Source: a virus | Direction: 5' to 3' (one strand) | Virus record (IMG/VR): IMGVR_UViG_3300048999_000056 | Location: 1-64,000 of that record | Length of the DNA stretch: 64,000 nt | Part shown: positions 9,125 through 17,760 of the stretch, in pieces | Layout: each line of letters begins with the position of its first letter | How positions within the stretch are numbered: the first letter of the stretch is position 1 | The notes under the pieces: generated by a model | Told to the model about the DNA's origin: nothing | The model's input: the letters and a program-made list of their open reading frames with translations, nothing else | The model's database searches: none | Made by a program: the position numbers and the translations under genes

Positions 9125-9596
9125 CGGCGAACTCGACCGGCTGCGGGAGATCGAGCACCAGCTACGCGAGATCAATCACCGCGTCGGTCGGTTGCCGGCG
9201 GTCGTCCGCTATCTGCGCGAGCGCGACTTGTGGGCGATCGAGGTTTTTCTGCTGATCAGTTCGTGCTGGGCTGCAAGTGTTCTGCTGCGTCCACCATCGA
9301 ACTTCGCACAGTTCCCGTCCGCATTTGGCATCGCTGAAATGCTGTCACGCAACGAGCAGCTATGGGGCTACCTCGTTGCGTGCGCGGCCGGACTGAAGAT
9401 TATCGGTATTACGTTCTACTTCAAGCACCGAACGATTGGCGTTGTGCTGCGATGCATGGGTCTGGCGTGCGGCGGCACGTTCTGGTGCATGATGGGGTTG
9501 AGCACCGTGATCGGCAACCCTGATACGCTGTTCGGCTTCGCGGGCTTTATGATGGGTGTCTTGTCGTGGTGGTCTATCTTGCGGGTGTCGTGGTGA
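9117..9596 (+). CDS. Multi-pass membrane protein
   Basis: About four hydrophobic segments. Confidence 0.65.
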   Translation: MADGELDRLREIEHQLREINHRVGRLPAVVRYLRERDLWAIEVFLLISSCWAASVLLRPPSNFAQFPSAFGIAEMLSRNEQLWGYLVACAAGLKIIGITFYFKHRTIGVVLRCMGLACGGTFWCMMGLSTVIGNPDTLFGFAGFMMGVLSWWSILRVSW

Positions 9597-9599
9597 GAA

Positions 9600-10031
9600 A
9601 TGCCAGAAGAAGGCGCGCTTCGCCAACAGATTGGCGAGACACTGGGCACGGTCAAGTTCCTTGCCGAGCAGATACGCGATCTCAAGGCTGACACGCGGCA
9701 GTCGATTTCCGACCTCAAGGGCGAACAGACGCAGCAGCAACAACGTCTGACAGGGCAACTCGAATTGTTGTCGGTGCAGGTTCGCGACCTCGCCGATAAG
9801 ACGCGCAGCGCCGTATCGGAAGTTACCGATTTGAAGGGCGATTTTGTCGAGACCCGTGATCGGGTAGAGGAACTGGAGCAACCGGTCCGGCGCCTCGACG
9901 ACTTTCGCAAAACCATGATCCGGTGGGGATTGATCGCAACGTCGTTTCTTGCTGTTGTGGGATCGATAATCGCCAACGTGGTGGCTACCAGTATAAGCAA
10001 CCTCTTACGTACGTGGTGGCACGGTGGCTGA
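9600..10031 (+). CDS. Coiled-coil protein with a C-terminal TM segment
   Basis: Heptad-like body; WGLIATSFLAVVGSIIANV anchor. Confidence 0.6.
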   Translation: MPEEGALRQQIGETLGTVKFLAEQIRDLKADTRQSISDLKGEQTQQQQRLTGQLELLSVQVRDLADKTRSAVSEVTDLKGDFVETRDRVEELEQPVRRLDDFRKTMIRWGLIATSFLAVVGSIIANVVATSISNLLRTWWHGG

Positions 10032-10405
10032 TGATACCGGCAAAAATCTTGTTGGTTGAGGATGATCCTGACATCGCTGAAGTACAGTCGGCTCTGCTGG
10101 CCTCTGTCGGCTATACGATCGTCGCTGTGCACACGGCGCGCGACGCTCTCACGGCGCTGGAGCAGAATGGTAGCTTCGATATTCTGTTCACGGACCTGCG
10201 CCTTGGCGCTGAGAACGGCTACTGGCTGGCGTCGAATGCGCAGCCGCGCTTTCCCGATCTGATCATTGTGTTGACCACCGGCTATGCCTCGTCTGTGATC
10301 AACGAGGCAATCAGTCAATGGCCGCTGGTGATGAAGCCTTACAACTCGCGGACGCTGATCCGCGTGTTCGACCAAGCGATGCGCAATAAACAGAGGAAGG
10401 AATAA
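10031..10405 (+). CDS. Stand-alone response-regulator receiver domain (CheY-like)
   Basis: ILLVEDD, DILFTD (phospho-Asp), LTTGY, KPY. Confidence 0.9.
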   Translation: MIPAKILLVEDDPDIAEVQSALLASVGYTIVAVHTARDALTALEQNGSFDILFTDLRLGAENGYWLASNAQPRFPDLIIVLTTGYASSVINEAISQWPLVMKPYNSRTLIRVFDQAMRNKQRKE

Positions 10406-10408
10406 ACA

Positions 10409-10717
10409 ATGCAGATTACGCTACATCTTTCCAAGCCGGACGGCACGACGGTTGGTGATGTCGCAGTGCCTGACTTCAATGTCTTCGTCCGCATCCCGCC
10501 CGACCTCGCCGTGCAGGTTGTCAACCTCGCTGAAGGCTGGACGCCTGACATGCTGGCGAACGGCGAGCTGTACGCGCTGGTCGCGATCCTGCCGAGCACG
10601 CAACCGGTCTACGTTGTCGGCCGCCCGATCCTGCCTGAGCAGAGCATGCTCAGCCACAAGGGCAACCTCGAATGCGATTCCTACGTGCTGAAGGCTGACG
10701 GCTCGATCGAGCGTTGA
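10409..10717 (+). CDS. Hypothetical protein
   Basis: RBS and operon position. Confidence 0.55.
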   Translation: MQITLHLSKPDGTTVGDVAVPDFNVFVRIPPDLAVQVVNLAEGWTPDMLANGELYALVAILPSTQPVYVVGRPILPEQSMLSHKGNLECDSYVLKADGSIER

Positions 10718-10925
10718 GTTTGGAGCGTGAAATGAGCACCAACGAACTTCTGCTGGTGACGTTGGGCTTGGTTGTGTTGATGATAACAGCGACTATCGAA
10801 ACCGCCCTCGGAAATAGTCCTGCTTGGATAGCGTGGTGTTTGGCGATTTCGGCTGCCATATCCAACACCTTCCTGGCAGGTAGGGTGCTGAGAGAGTTGC
10901 GAGCGCTCCGACGAAGGGGGCTGAT

Positions 10926-11159
10926 ATGCGGACGTGGATCATACCGGTGAAGACGCATGACGGTCGCTCGTTGTTTGTCAGCGTCAAGGCTTGGACCAAG
11001 ATGGGCGCCATGCTTGCGTTCTGGTCGCGTGAACCGGCAGACGATACGCCGGAGGACACTGCCCTGCATGACAGCGCGGTGCCGATCGGTCCGCCCGTGG
11101 TAGCTGTCGATTGGATCAAACATCAGCAAACAGTTTCCCGAGCGCCACGCACGGAGTAG
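10926..11159 (+). CDS. Hypothetical protein
   Basis: AGGGG upstream of ATG; operon orientation. Confidence 0.4.
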   Translation: MRTWIIPVKTHDGRSLFVSVKAWTKMGAMLAFWSREPADDTPEDTALHDSAVPIGPPVVAVDWIKHQQTVSRAPRTE

Positions 11160-11253
11160 CGATCCGTGCAGCGTCCGCTGACAGTCGGTTAACTGTCCGT
11201 TTCCTCCCTCGTTCCGTGACGCAGCTAAACCACTCCGCTGCGTCACCAACTAA

Positions 11254-11309
11254 ACCTCTCGCGGCGGTCAACCTGCCTCAGCACATGACTGCCGCGAGAG
11301 GTCCTTTTT
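11254..11309 (+). terminator. Probable intrinsic terminator
   Basis: 17-bp stem ACCTCTCGCGGCGGTCA/TGACTGCCGCGAGAGGT followed by CCTTTTT. Confidence 0.55.
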
Positions 11310-11321
11310 GGAAGTTGATAT

Positions 11322-11840
11322 ATGATCGCTGCTGTGTGGTTTTTCACCGGCTGCCTGGCTACCCTCGCGGGCATCGTGTTCACCGTGCTCTGGCAGCATC
11401 GCAAGGCTGCCAGAGCACCACTGCCGACAGTGCCGCCTGAGCGGCGTATCCATCGCCCCGGTCCCTATCGTGCCAAGCCGGAAGTAGACGTTGAATTTCT
11501 GGACGCACAAGGTCAGTCGGTCGGCTCTGTGACGGTTGAGCTGGTCGTCAGGATCGCAGCATCTGGGTTGCTGATTGCAGCAGCGCGGCCTGTTTACTTC
11601 CTGAATGATCAGTTTCGGGCGGTCGTCATTCATGCTTGGCAGCTTTGGATTGGCGACGATTGCCGAGTAGCGCCGATCGAGCCGGTCACGTTGCAGGCCG
11701 GCGACACGTATCGGTTGAACGGGCTCAACATTCCAGTCAGGCTGGACAACGATATCTGGTTTGGCCCGGACAATGGTGGTGAGGACGATCCGCAACCAAC
11801 GCCGCCGTCACCATCAGGTCAGAAAGAAAAGGTGCAGTGA
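11322..11840 (+). CDS. Hypothetical protein with an N-terminal TM anchor
   Basis: Hydrophobic N-terminus followed by a beta-rich domain. Confidence 0.55.
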   Translation: MIAAVWFFTGCLATLAGIVFTVLWQHRKAARAPLPTVPPERRIHRPGPYRAKPEVDVEFLDAQGQSVGSVTVELVVRIAASGLLIAAARPVYFLNDQFRAVVIHAWQLWIGDDCRVAPIEPVTLQAGDTYRLNGLNIPVRLDNDIWFGPDNGGEDDPQPTPPSPSGQKEKVQ

Positions 11841-12364
11841 TGGCGCCACGGTTGATGATGTGGAGAGTCATACCTCGTTTTCCCGCTTATGAAGTGAGCG
11901 AGTTTGGCGATGTTAGGCGCATCGGTTTCGACTCATGTGGGCGGCCACCGAAAATATTGAAGCCGCATCCTAACGGGCGAGGCTACCTGAGCGTTTGCAT
12001 TGACCGGTCTGTGAAGCCGCCTAAATGGCAGCGGGTGAATCGCTTGGTGCTAGAAGCGTTTGTCGGACCCCCTCCAACGCCGCTACACGAAGCCGCGCAC
12101 AAGAACGGGAAATCAGCCGACAACTACTACGAAAATTTGGTTTGGAAAACCAAGAGCGAGAACTGGCAGGATCGTCGGTTGCACGGAACTGATAACAGCG
12201 GAGAGCGTGGCAGTAAAGCGGTTCTTACGCTTGCTCAAGTTCGCGAGATACGGTTGATCGAAGGAATGTCTCGATCGCAGATCGGGGCTTTGTATGGGGT
12301 GAGCAAAGGAACTATTCAGGCTATTCTGGAAGGTAGATCGTGGAAATCAGCGGAGTTGAGATAA
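11840..12364 (+). CDS. NUMOD4-HNH homing endonuclease
   Basis: W..IP.FPAYEVSEFGDVR, VNRLVLEAFVG, AAHKNG...N...NL.W.T..EN, C-terminal HTH; lower GC than its neighbours. Confidence 0.9.
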   Translation: MAPRLMMWRVIPRFPAYEVSEFGDVRRIGFDSCGRPPKILKPHPNGRGYLSVCIDRSVKPPKWQRVNRLVLEAFVGPPPTPLHEAAHKNGKSADNYYENLVWKTKSENWQDRRLHGTDNSGERGSKAVLTLAQVREIRLIEGMSRSQIGALYGVSKGTIQAILEGRSWKSAELR

Positions 12365-14139
12365 TGCCTCCCAGGATTCTCATGTGGGCGAACTACAGAC
12401 AGAAATACAACATATCAGTTCCTTGTCCGCTGGACGGTGACGATAGCATTCCTTTTTGGTATGACAAGATAGGGTCGCTGGCGCATGAGTGGGCAGAGTG
12501 GGGGATCACCGATGTTCTGTTTCCTCAACCACTCAAGACCAACGCCGGGCACTTCCCAGGTGCGGACGGCTACGGCGTTTATGACGACTACGACATCGGT
12601 TCCAAGAATACTGGTCAGTTCGGAGGAGTTCCTACCCGGTTCGGATACGCCGATCAGTTGCGCCGAGCTGTGGCTATTTGCCATGCTAACGGACTCAATG
12701 TTCTGATCGACCACGTGATGCATCAGCGCATGGGCGGGCACAACGGCGTCTACCGCTACGATAGCGCTACACAGAAGGGGCTGGGACGCTTCCCGAAGGA
12801 CCCGCCGTGCTTTCGTGGCGCCCCGCCGCGCGTGCCCGAGGACCCTGTTCCCTCGCCTCAAGATGACTTCGCATTTGGCGATCAGCTCTGCCCGATCAAT
12901 GGTAAGCCGGACAACTACGTCGCGCACGGTCTAATCGATGCCGGCGATTGGCTGTTCCGCACGCTCGATGCAGACGGCGCCCGCCTCGACGACATGAAGG
13001 GCATGAACGTCGGATTTATGAAGCGGTTTATGTCGTCTGGTGCAATGACGGGAAAGTGGTTCTTCGGCGAGTTCGCATCAGGCAGCCGTGACAGCTGGTG
13101 GGGCGGGCTCGGTACCAATTGGTGGGTTGAGCAAGTTCATGGTTTGGCGTCTGCTGCGGATTTTGACTACCACTACCACGTTGCCATGCCACTCTGCAAC
13201 CAGGGCGGCACCTTCAACATGAGTAGCCTTGCTGGTCGCGGCATGATCGGCAACAATCCAATGAAGGCTGTGCCATTCGTTGAGTCCATGGACTCCGATG
13301 TCAACGGCTTTGCTACTGTTGTCTTCAACAAGGAACTCGGCTACGCGCATCTGCTCGGTGGTGAAGGCTTGCCGTGCATCTACTATCGCGACTGGGCAAT
13401 GGAGCCGAACTGCTACGGCTTGAAGCATCAGATCGAGAACTTATGTTGGTGCGCTCATACGCTGGCGGGTGGTCCGACGATCCCGCGTCCGACCGACAAC
13501 CCGCGCGTCTTCGCATTCGAGCGCATCGGTTCGCCCGGCCTGCTTGTCGTGCTGTCCAATGACATCTGGAATCCCGAGTGGAGCACGGTCACGGTGCAAA
13601 CCGCGAGTTTCGGCGCGCACACGCAGCTGCACGACTTCAATGGGCATAACCAGCAGAACGCCTGGACCGATGCGAACGGTCGCGTGACGCTGGGCGTGCC
13701 ACCGGCCGGCAACGGCAAAGGCTACGGTATGTGGTCGCGTGCCGAGTACCAAGGCCGCATGGTGCAGCAACGCCCACCGCGCGCGACAAGCCAGGACTTC
13801 AACGGTGCGGACGATCTCGACATCGCGCCGTTGTTCGGCACCGTGCCGCAGAAGGTTGGACGCGTCTGGGCCGAGGAAGGCACGGAACTGTCGTTGCGCA
13901 TGATGACGCACGACGGCAAGCCGCCTGACTTCCCCGTGCAGATGATGATCAAGTCGCCGGACGGCAGCGAACTGGCAGCCGGCCGATCCGATCACGTCTA
14001 TGATCACACGGTCAAGCGTGGCTGGCATGAACTATGGGCGCGCAGCTACGACACGTCTGCGACTGCCCGCATTCCCTTTCGGTTGAATGTCTACTACACG
14101 GCGCCGCAACATCTTCGCTCTGATGAATGGGGATTGTGA
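12364..14139 (+). CDS. GH13 alpha-amylase-family glycoside hydrolase
   Basis: GYGVYDDYDIG, TRFG..QL..AV...H, DHVMHQ, DGARLDD (nucleophile), GEF, FVESMD, GLPCIYY. Confidence 0.88.
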   Translation: MPPRILMWANYRQKYNISVPCPLDGDDSIPFWYDKIGSLAHEWAEWGITDVLFPQPLKTNAGHFPGADGYGVYDDYDIGSKNTGQFGGVPTRFGYADQLRRAVAICHANGLNVLIDHVMHQRMGGHNGVYRYDSATQKGLGRFPKDPPCFRGAPPRVPEDPVPSPQDDFAFGDQLCPINGKPDNYVAHGLIDAGDWLFRTLDADGARLDDMKGMNVGFMKRFMSSGAMTGKWFFGEFASGSRDSWWGGLGTNWWVEQVHGLASAADFDYHYHVAMPLCNQGGTFNMSSLAGRGMIGNNPMKAVPFVESMDSDVNGFATVVFNKELGYAHLLGGEGLPCIYYRDWAMEPNCYGLKHQIENLCWCAHTLAGGPTIPRPTDNPRVFAFERIGSPGLLVVLSNDIWNPEWSTVTVQTASFGAHTQLHDFNGHNQQNAWTDANGRVTLGVPPAGNGKGYGMWSRAEYQGRMVQQRPPRATSQDFNGADDLDIAPLFGTVPQKVGRVWAEEGTELSLRMMTHDGKPPDFPVQMMIKSPDGSELAAGRSDHVYDHTVKRGWHELWARSYDTSATARIPFRLNVYYTAPQHLRSDEWGL

Positions 14140-14315
14140 TGGACACTACGGAGTTCACGGCGCGGCTCGACAAGCTGCATGCTCGGGCACGTGAGACAGC
14201 CGACGAGCTGGTTGCCGATCCGCTCAACATGGAAAAGATGAAGATTGCGCTTGCGGCGGCGCACGCGGAAAGTGACTTCCTGCGCGAGAACAAGCCTGAG
14301 CAGACTTATGGCTGA
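14139..14315 (+). CDS. Hypothetical protein
   Basis: TGATG coupling to the GH13 gene. Confidence 0.45.
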   Translation: MDTTEFTARLDKLHARARETADELVADPLNMEKMKIALAAAHAESDFLRENKPEQTYG

Positions 14316-14589
14316 TGTCCTGCCGAACCTGTTTCGTGTTGCCGACCATCCGGGGTATCATTCAACCGGTATCCCCTGGAAAATGATCGCGCCGCACGAA
14401 CAGCAGGCGCAGCGCAATCACAGACAGTCACTGCGGCGGTTGCATGAGCGTGGCGGGCTGTCATGGTGCGAGGCTCTGGCTGTGTTGCAGGACAGGCAAT
14501 GGAGAGCAGAGCCGAACGCCAAGGCGATCGTGCTGGCCATGGTTGCCGAGTGGGATCAGGAACAGATGAATGCCAGTTGCGGGCGATAA
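14308..14589 (+). CDS. Phage hypothetical protein
   Basis: IPWKMIAPHEQQAQRNHRQSLRRLHERGGLSWCEA, a motif I recognise from small phage proteins. Confidence 0.6.
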   Translation: MADVLPNLFRVADHPGYHSTGIPWKMIAPHEQQAQRNHRQSLRRLHERGGLSWCEALAVLQDRQWRAEPNAKAIVLAMVAEWDQEQMNASCGR

Positions 14590-15283
14590 GTGCGGCTTGA
14601 TTGTCGCTCTGGACACAGACGACTTCATCCGCGCCGGATGGTTGGCGAAAACCACGGCGCTGTATGCTGGCATGCTCAAGGTCGGGTTGGAGTTCTGGTT
14701 GGCACATGCCAAACCCGGCTGGGATATGCTGAAGCTGTGCGGTGGCCGACCGCTCATGCTCGATTTGAAGTTCCACGATATTCCCAACACGATGGCAAGT
14801 GCGGTTCGGGCGGTGATGCCACTGCAGCCTGCCTTCATCACGGTGCACGCATCGGCCGGTAGTGATGCGATCAAGGCTGCCTGCAATGTGGTGGGCGGTG
14901 CGACAGAAGTGCTGGCGGTCACAGTATTGACCAGCTTGACCAACGCCGGATTACGATCGATCGGCGTTGAGGATGGCGCATCGGTCCAAGTACGCCGGCT
15001 TGCCGAGCTGGCATACAAGGCTGGCGCGCGCGGCTTCGTATGCAGCCCGCACGAGGTCGCGGACCTGCGCGGGCACTTCGGCGCCAGCGTCAATCTCGTG
15101 GTGCCGGGGATACGGCCGGGCACTGCCATGGCGCACGATCAAGCCCGGCCTTCGACACCGCGAAACGCTGCAGCAGCTGGAGCGGATTGGATCGTGGTCG
15201 GACGGCCGATCACGGAAGCGGCCGATCCTGCAAGTGCGGCAGCCGCAATTGTCGAGGAGATTGCCAATGCTCAAAACAGTTGA
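14570..15283 (+). CDS. pyrF: Orotidine-5'-phosphate decarboxylase
   Basis: LIVALD, KVG, LDLKFHDIPNT, TVHA, VTVLTS, PGIRP, DQ.R, VVGRPIT. Confidence 0.95.
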   Translation: MPVAGDKCGLIVALDTDDFIRAGWLAKTTALYAGMLKVGLEFWLAHAKPGWDMLKLCGGRPLMLDLKFHDIPNTMASAVRAVMPLQPAFITVHASAGSDAIKAACNVVGGATEVLAVTVLTSLTNAGLRSIGVEDGASVQVRRLAELAYKAGARGFVCSPHEVADLRGHFGASVNLVVPGIRPGTAMAHDQARPSTPRNAAAAGADWIVVGRPITEAADPASAAAAIVEEIANAQNS

Positions 15284-15479
15284 ACTGCTGGAGGCCAGCC
15301 CGAACGGTCACACGACGGAAGGCTCGGTGACGATCTTCGTCAGCACGATCAGCCGGATCAAGCCGTGTGCATGGAGTGAAGATTACACTACGATCTACTT
15401 CACGCACGAAAACTCCATGATGACTGTCAGAGGCGATTATCGCCGTGTCCGCGATCTGATCAATGCAGCGGCACAGTGA
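15267..15479 (+). CDS. Hypothetical protein
   Basis: GAGGAG RBS; starts MLKTVELLE. Confidence 0.5.
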   Translation: MLKTVELLEASPNGHTTEGSVTIFVSTISRIKPCAWSEDYTTIYFTHENSMMTVRGDYRRVRDLINAAAQ

Positions 15480-15708
15480 GCCGATCGACATTTTATCCAT
15501 TGCCTTTGCGCGCTACTATGAAGCGCAAAGGCAATGGGCTTGGGTGCAAATGATGCCCGGCGCGGTCATTGCGGCATGGCCGGCGGCCGATGGTGGTACG
15601 GCGCTGCTACTGCGCGCGATAATCGGTGTGCGAGAGGCCACGGAAGATATGGAGGCGGCTCGCGCGTTGTTCGAAGAATGGTGGACGGTGTTGCATGAAG
15701 CGACGTGA
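15463..15708 (+). CDS. Hypothetical protein
   Basis: Overlaps both neighbours in operon orientation. Confidence 0.4.
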   Translation: MQRHSEPIDILSIAFARYYEAQRQWAWVQMMPGAVIAAWPAADGGTALLLRAIIGVREATEDMEAARALFEEWWTVLHEAT

Positions 15709-17617
15709 TCTCCTGTTGCGCTCCGCTGCTCTGTCGCTGGTGCCGTTGTATTGCCGCTACACGGAAGCGCAACCGACCAGCCCTGCATTCGCGCCGGTGC
15801 TGACCGCGTCCTATGACAACAACCGCACGAGTTGGAATGCACGTGAGAATGTCCTCAACCAAGACAACGTCCGGCAGCGCGGCATTCGACGCTATTACTC
15901 CTTTCAGATGGAGGGTGATGCTCGCGGCAGCGAAGCGCAAACGCTCATTGTTCCGAACGTCACAACCCGTGATGGTCTGCGCCACGACATCGCAATACAA
16001 GCGTCTATGTCAGACGGCCTCTGGGCATTCGACGCAGGGACCGGCGAAGTTCTCTGGACCTTCAAGCTGGGGCGGCCGATCAAAGGTTCCAAAGCGTTTG
16101 ACATGTACCAGACCAACGACAACTTCGGCATCCTGAGCACGCCGGTTGTCGATCCTGATACTAAGATCATTTATCTCGTTGTGTGGACCAGCCCCGATCG
16201 TACATTGCAGAATGCGCGTTACATGGCGCGGGCGATCAAGGCGTCGGATGGCAGCGATGCGGCGCCGCCGCTCGACCTGTCCGGTGCGACCTTCAATCCA
16301 GGGCACGGTCTGCCGTCGATGAAACTCGGCACGGTGTTCCGCAAGCAGCGTGCCGGCTTGGCGTTGATAAAAACAGGCGGTCAGAAATCGATCATTGCCA
16401 TGTTCGCGGCGGGCGCTGAGTCGTCCTCCGACAATCATGGCTGGGTGCTGGCGTTGCTGACAGCGCCGTTCCGCGTTGCAGCGGTGTGGAACAACAGCCC
16501 GCATTATCAGGGCGGCGGGATATGGATGGCCGGACAGGCGCCGGCAACGGACGATGACGGCAATATCTACTTCGTCGCTGGCAATGGCGCATTCGACGGG
16601 GTGACAGAGTTCGGCGAGTGCTGCACGAAATTGCACTACACGCCGCCCGCGTCGTCAACCACCATGGGCTCGCTGCAGGCTGTGCAGTGGTTCGCGCGGT
16701 TCACCGATCCCGGCCGCGCCGGGCTTGATCCCGCTTCGGTGGCAACGACATTGAACGCGCCGCGCCCGTCGAATGAAATGCTGCGCATGCCGGAGGGCGA
16801 CGCGCCGGTCAATGCCCTGCCAGACGCGCCTAAGCAGGCGCTGGCGCCCCCTGCGGCCGGCACTGGCGGTGGCTGGACCGATCAGGACGAAGGCTCTGCC
16901 GGCGTGCTCAGGATCGAGCAATTCCACTTGCTGCTCTATGCCGGCAAGGATGGCATTCTGACGGTGCTCGACGAGCGCAATCTCGGCAACACGAAGCTAT
17001 CGGATTTCGCAACACCTGATGGTATCAGGAGGAACTATGCGAAAGCCAAGTCAATCATCTGGTGGACGTTCTTCCCCGGCTTCGACATCTCGCCGACGCC
17101 AACCGACCTTACACAGCTCAACATCGACTTCGCACAAAGAACGCACCACGCCCACTCAACCCCAGTCTTCTACGTCAGTCAGCTTCATGGGCCAATGGTT
17201 TTCTGCTGCGGTGAGAACGGTCCGGTCCGTGCGTGGCAAATTAATGCGCAAGGGCAGTTGACATTCCTGGCCTACTCCGACGAGATCGCATCGCCGAACG
17301 CTGCGCTACCCTCCGGCGGCATGCCGGGCGGTTTCATGTCGATCTCGGATGGGCAGGCACAGAACTCTGCGTTGCTGGTCTGTTGCTTTCCGTATGGCAA
17401 TGCGAACAAGGAAGTCACGGGCGGTTTCTTCGTTGTCTATGATCCCGAGCATTTCGACACGCGTCCTGACGGATCGAAGCGGTTGCGCCCGCTGTGGCGC
17501 TCGCAGGATTGGAACATTCAATACCTGCATTCAAAGTTCAACCGCCCAGTGCAGTCGGGCGGCTTGATCTTCATTCCGACTGGGAATGACAGGACCGACG
17601 TGTATGGGCTGGCTTAA
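15695..17617 (+). CDS. Exported PQQ-like beta-propeller protein
   Basis: Tat-like MKRRDLLL signal; T..YDN.RT.WN..E..L...NV, LWAFDAGTGEVLW, GILSTPVVD, GGGIWMAG, AGKDG. Confidence 0.7.
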   Translation: MKRRDLLLRSAALSLVPLYCRYTEAQPTSPAFAPVLTASYDNNRTSWNARENVLNQDNVRQRGIRRYYSFQMEGDARGSEAQTLIVPNVTTRDGLRHDIAIQASMSDGLWAFDAGTGEVLWTFKLGRPIKGSKAFDMYQTNDNFGILSTPVVDPDTKIIYLVVWTSPDRTLQNARYMARAIKASDGSDAAPPLDLSGATFNPGHGLPSMKLGTVFRKQRAGLALIKTGGQKSIIAMFAAGAESSSDNHGWVLALLTAPFRVAAVWNNSPHYQGGGIWMAGQAPATDDDGNIYFVAGNGAFDGVTEFGECCTKLHYTPPASSTTMGSLQAVQWFARFTDPGRAGLDPASVATTLNAPRPSNEMLRMPEGDAPVNALPDAPKQALAPPAAGTGGGWTDQDEGSAGVLRIEQFHLLLYAGKDGILTVLDERNLGNTKLSDFATPDGIRRNYAKAKSIIWWTFFPGFDISPTPTDLTQLNIDFAQRTHHAHSTPVFYVSQLHGPMVFCCGENGPVRAWQINAQGQLTFLAYSDEIASPNAALPSGGMPGGFMSISDGQAQNSALLVCCFPYGNANKEVTGGFFVVYDPEHFDTRPDGSKRLRPLWRSQDWNIQYLHSKFNRPVQSGGLIFIPTGNDRTDVYGLA

Positions 17618-17760
17618 CCACAACGAATGACGAAGAGTAAAGGTCAACCGTCGCGGCATACGCGCCCGAAGCCGCGCGAGCCGCGATCGAAACCGCAGCG
17701 TGACGAGCATCCACGTGCCGGTCTGCAACGCTTGTTGGAGCGGACGAAGCCGCCGAAGAA

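Noticed and set aside
9416-10375. Long minus-strand ORFs (also 22929-23897 and 55967-56959)
   Set aside because: They are antisense shadows of well-supported + strand genes in GC-rich DNA.
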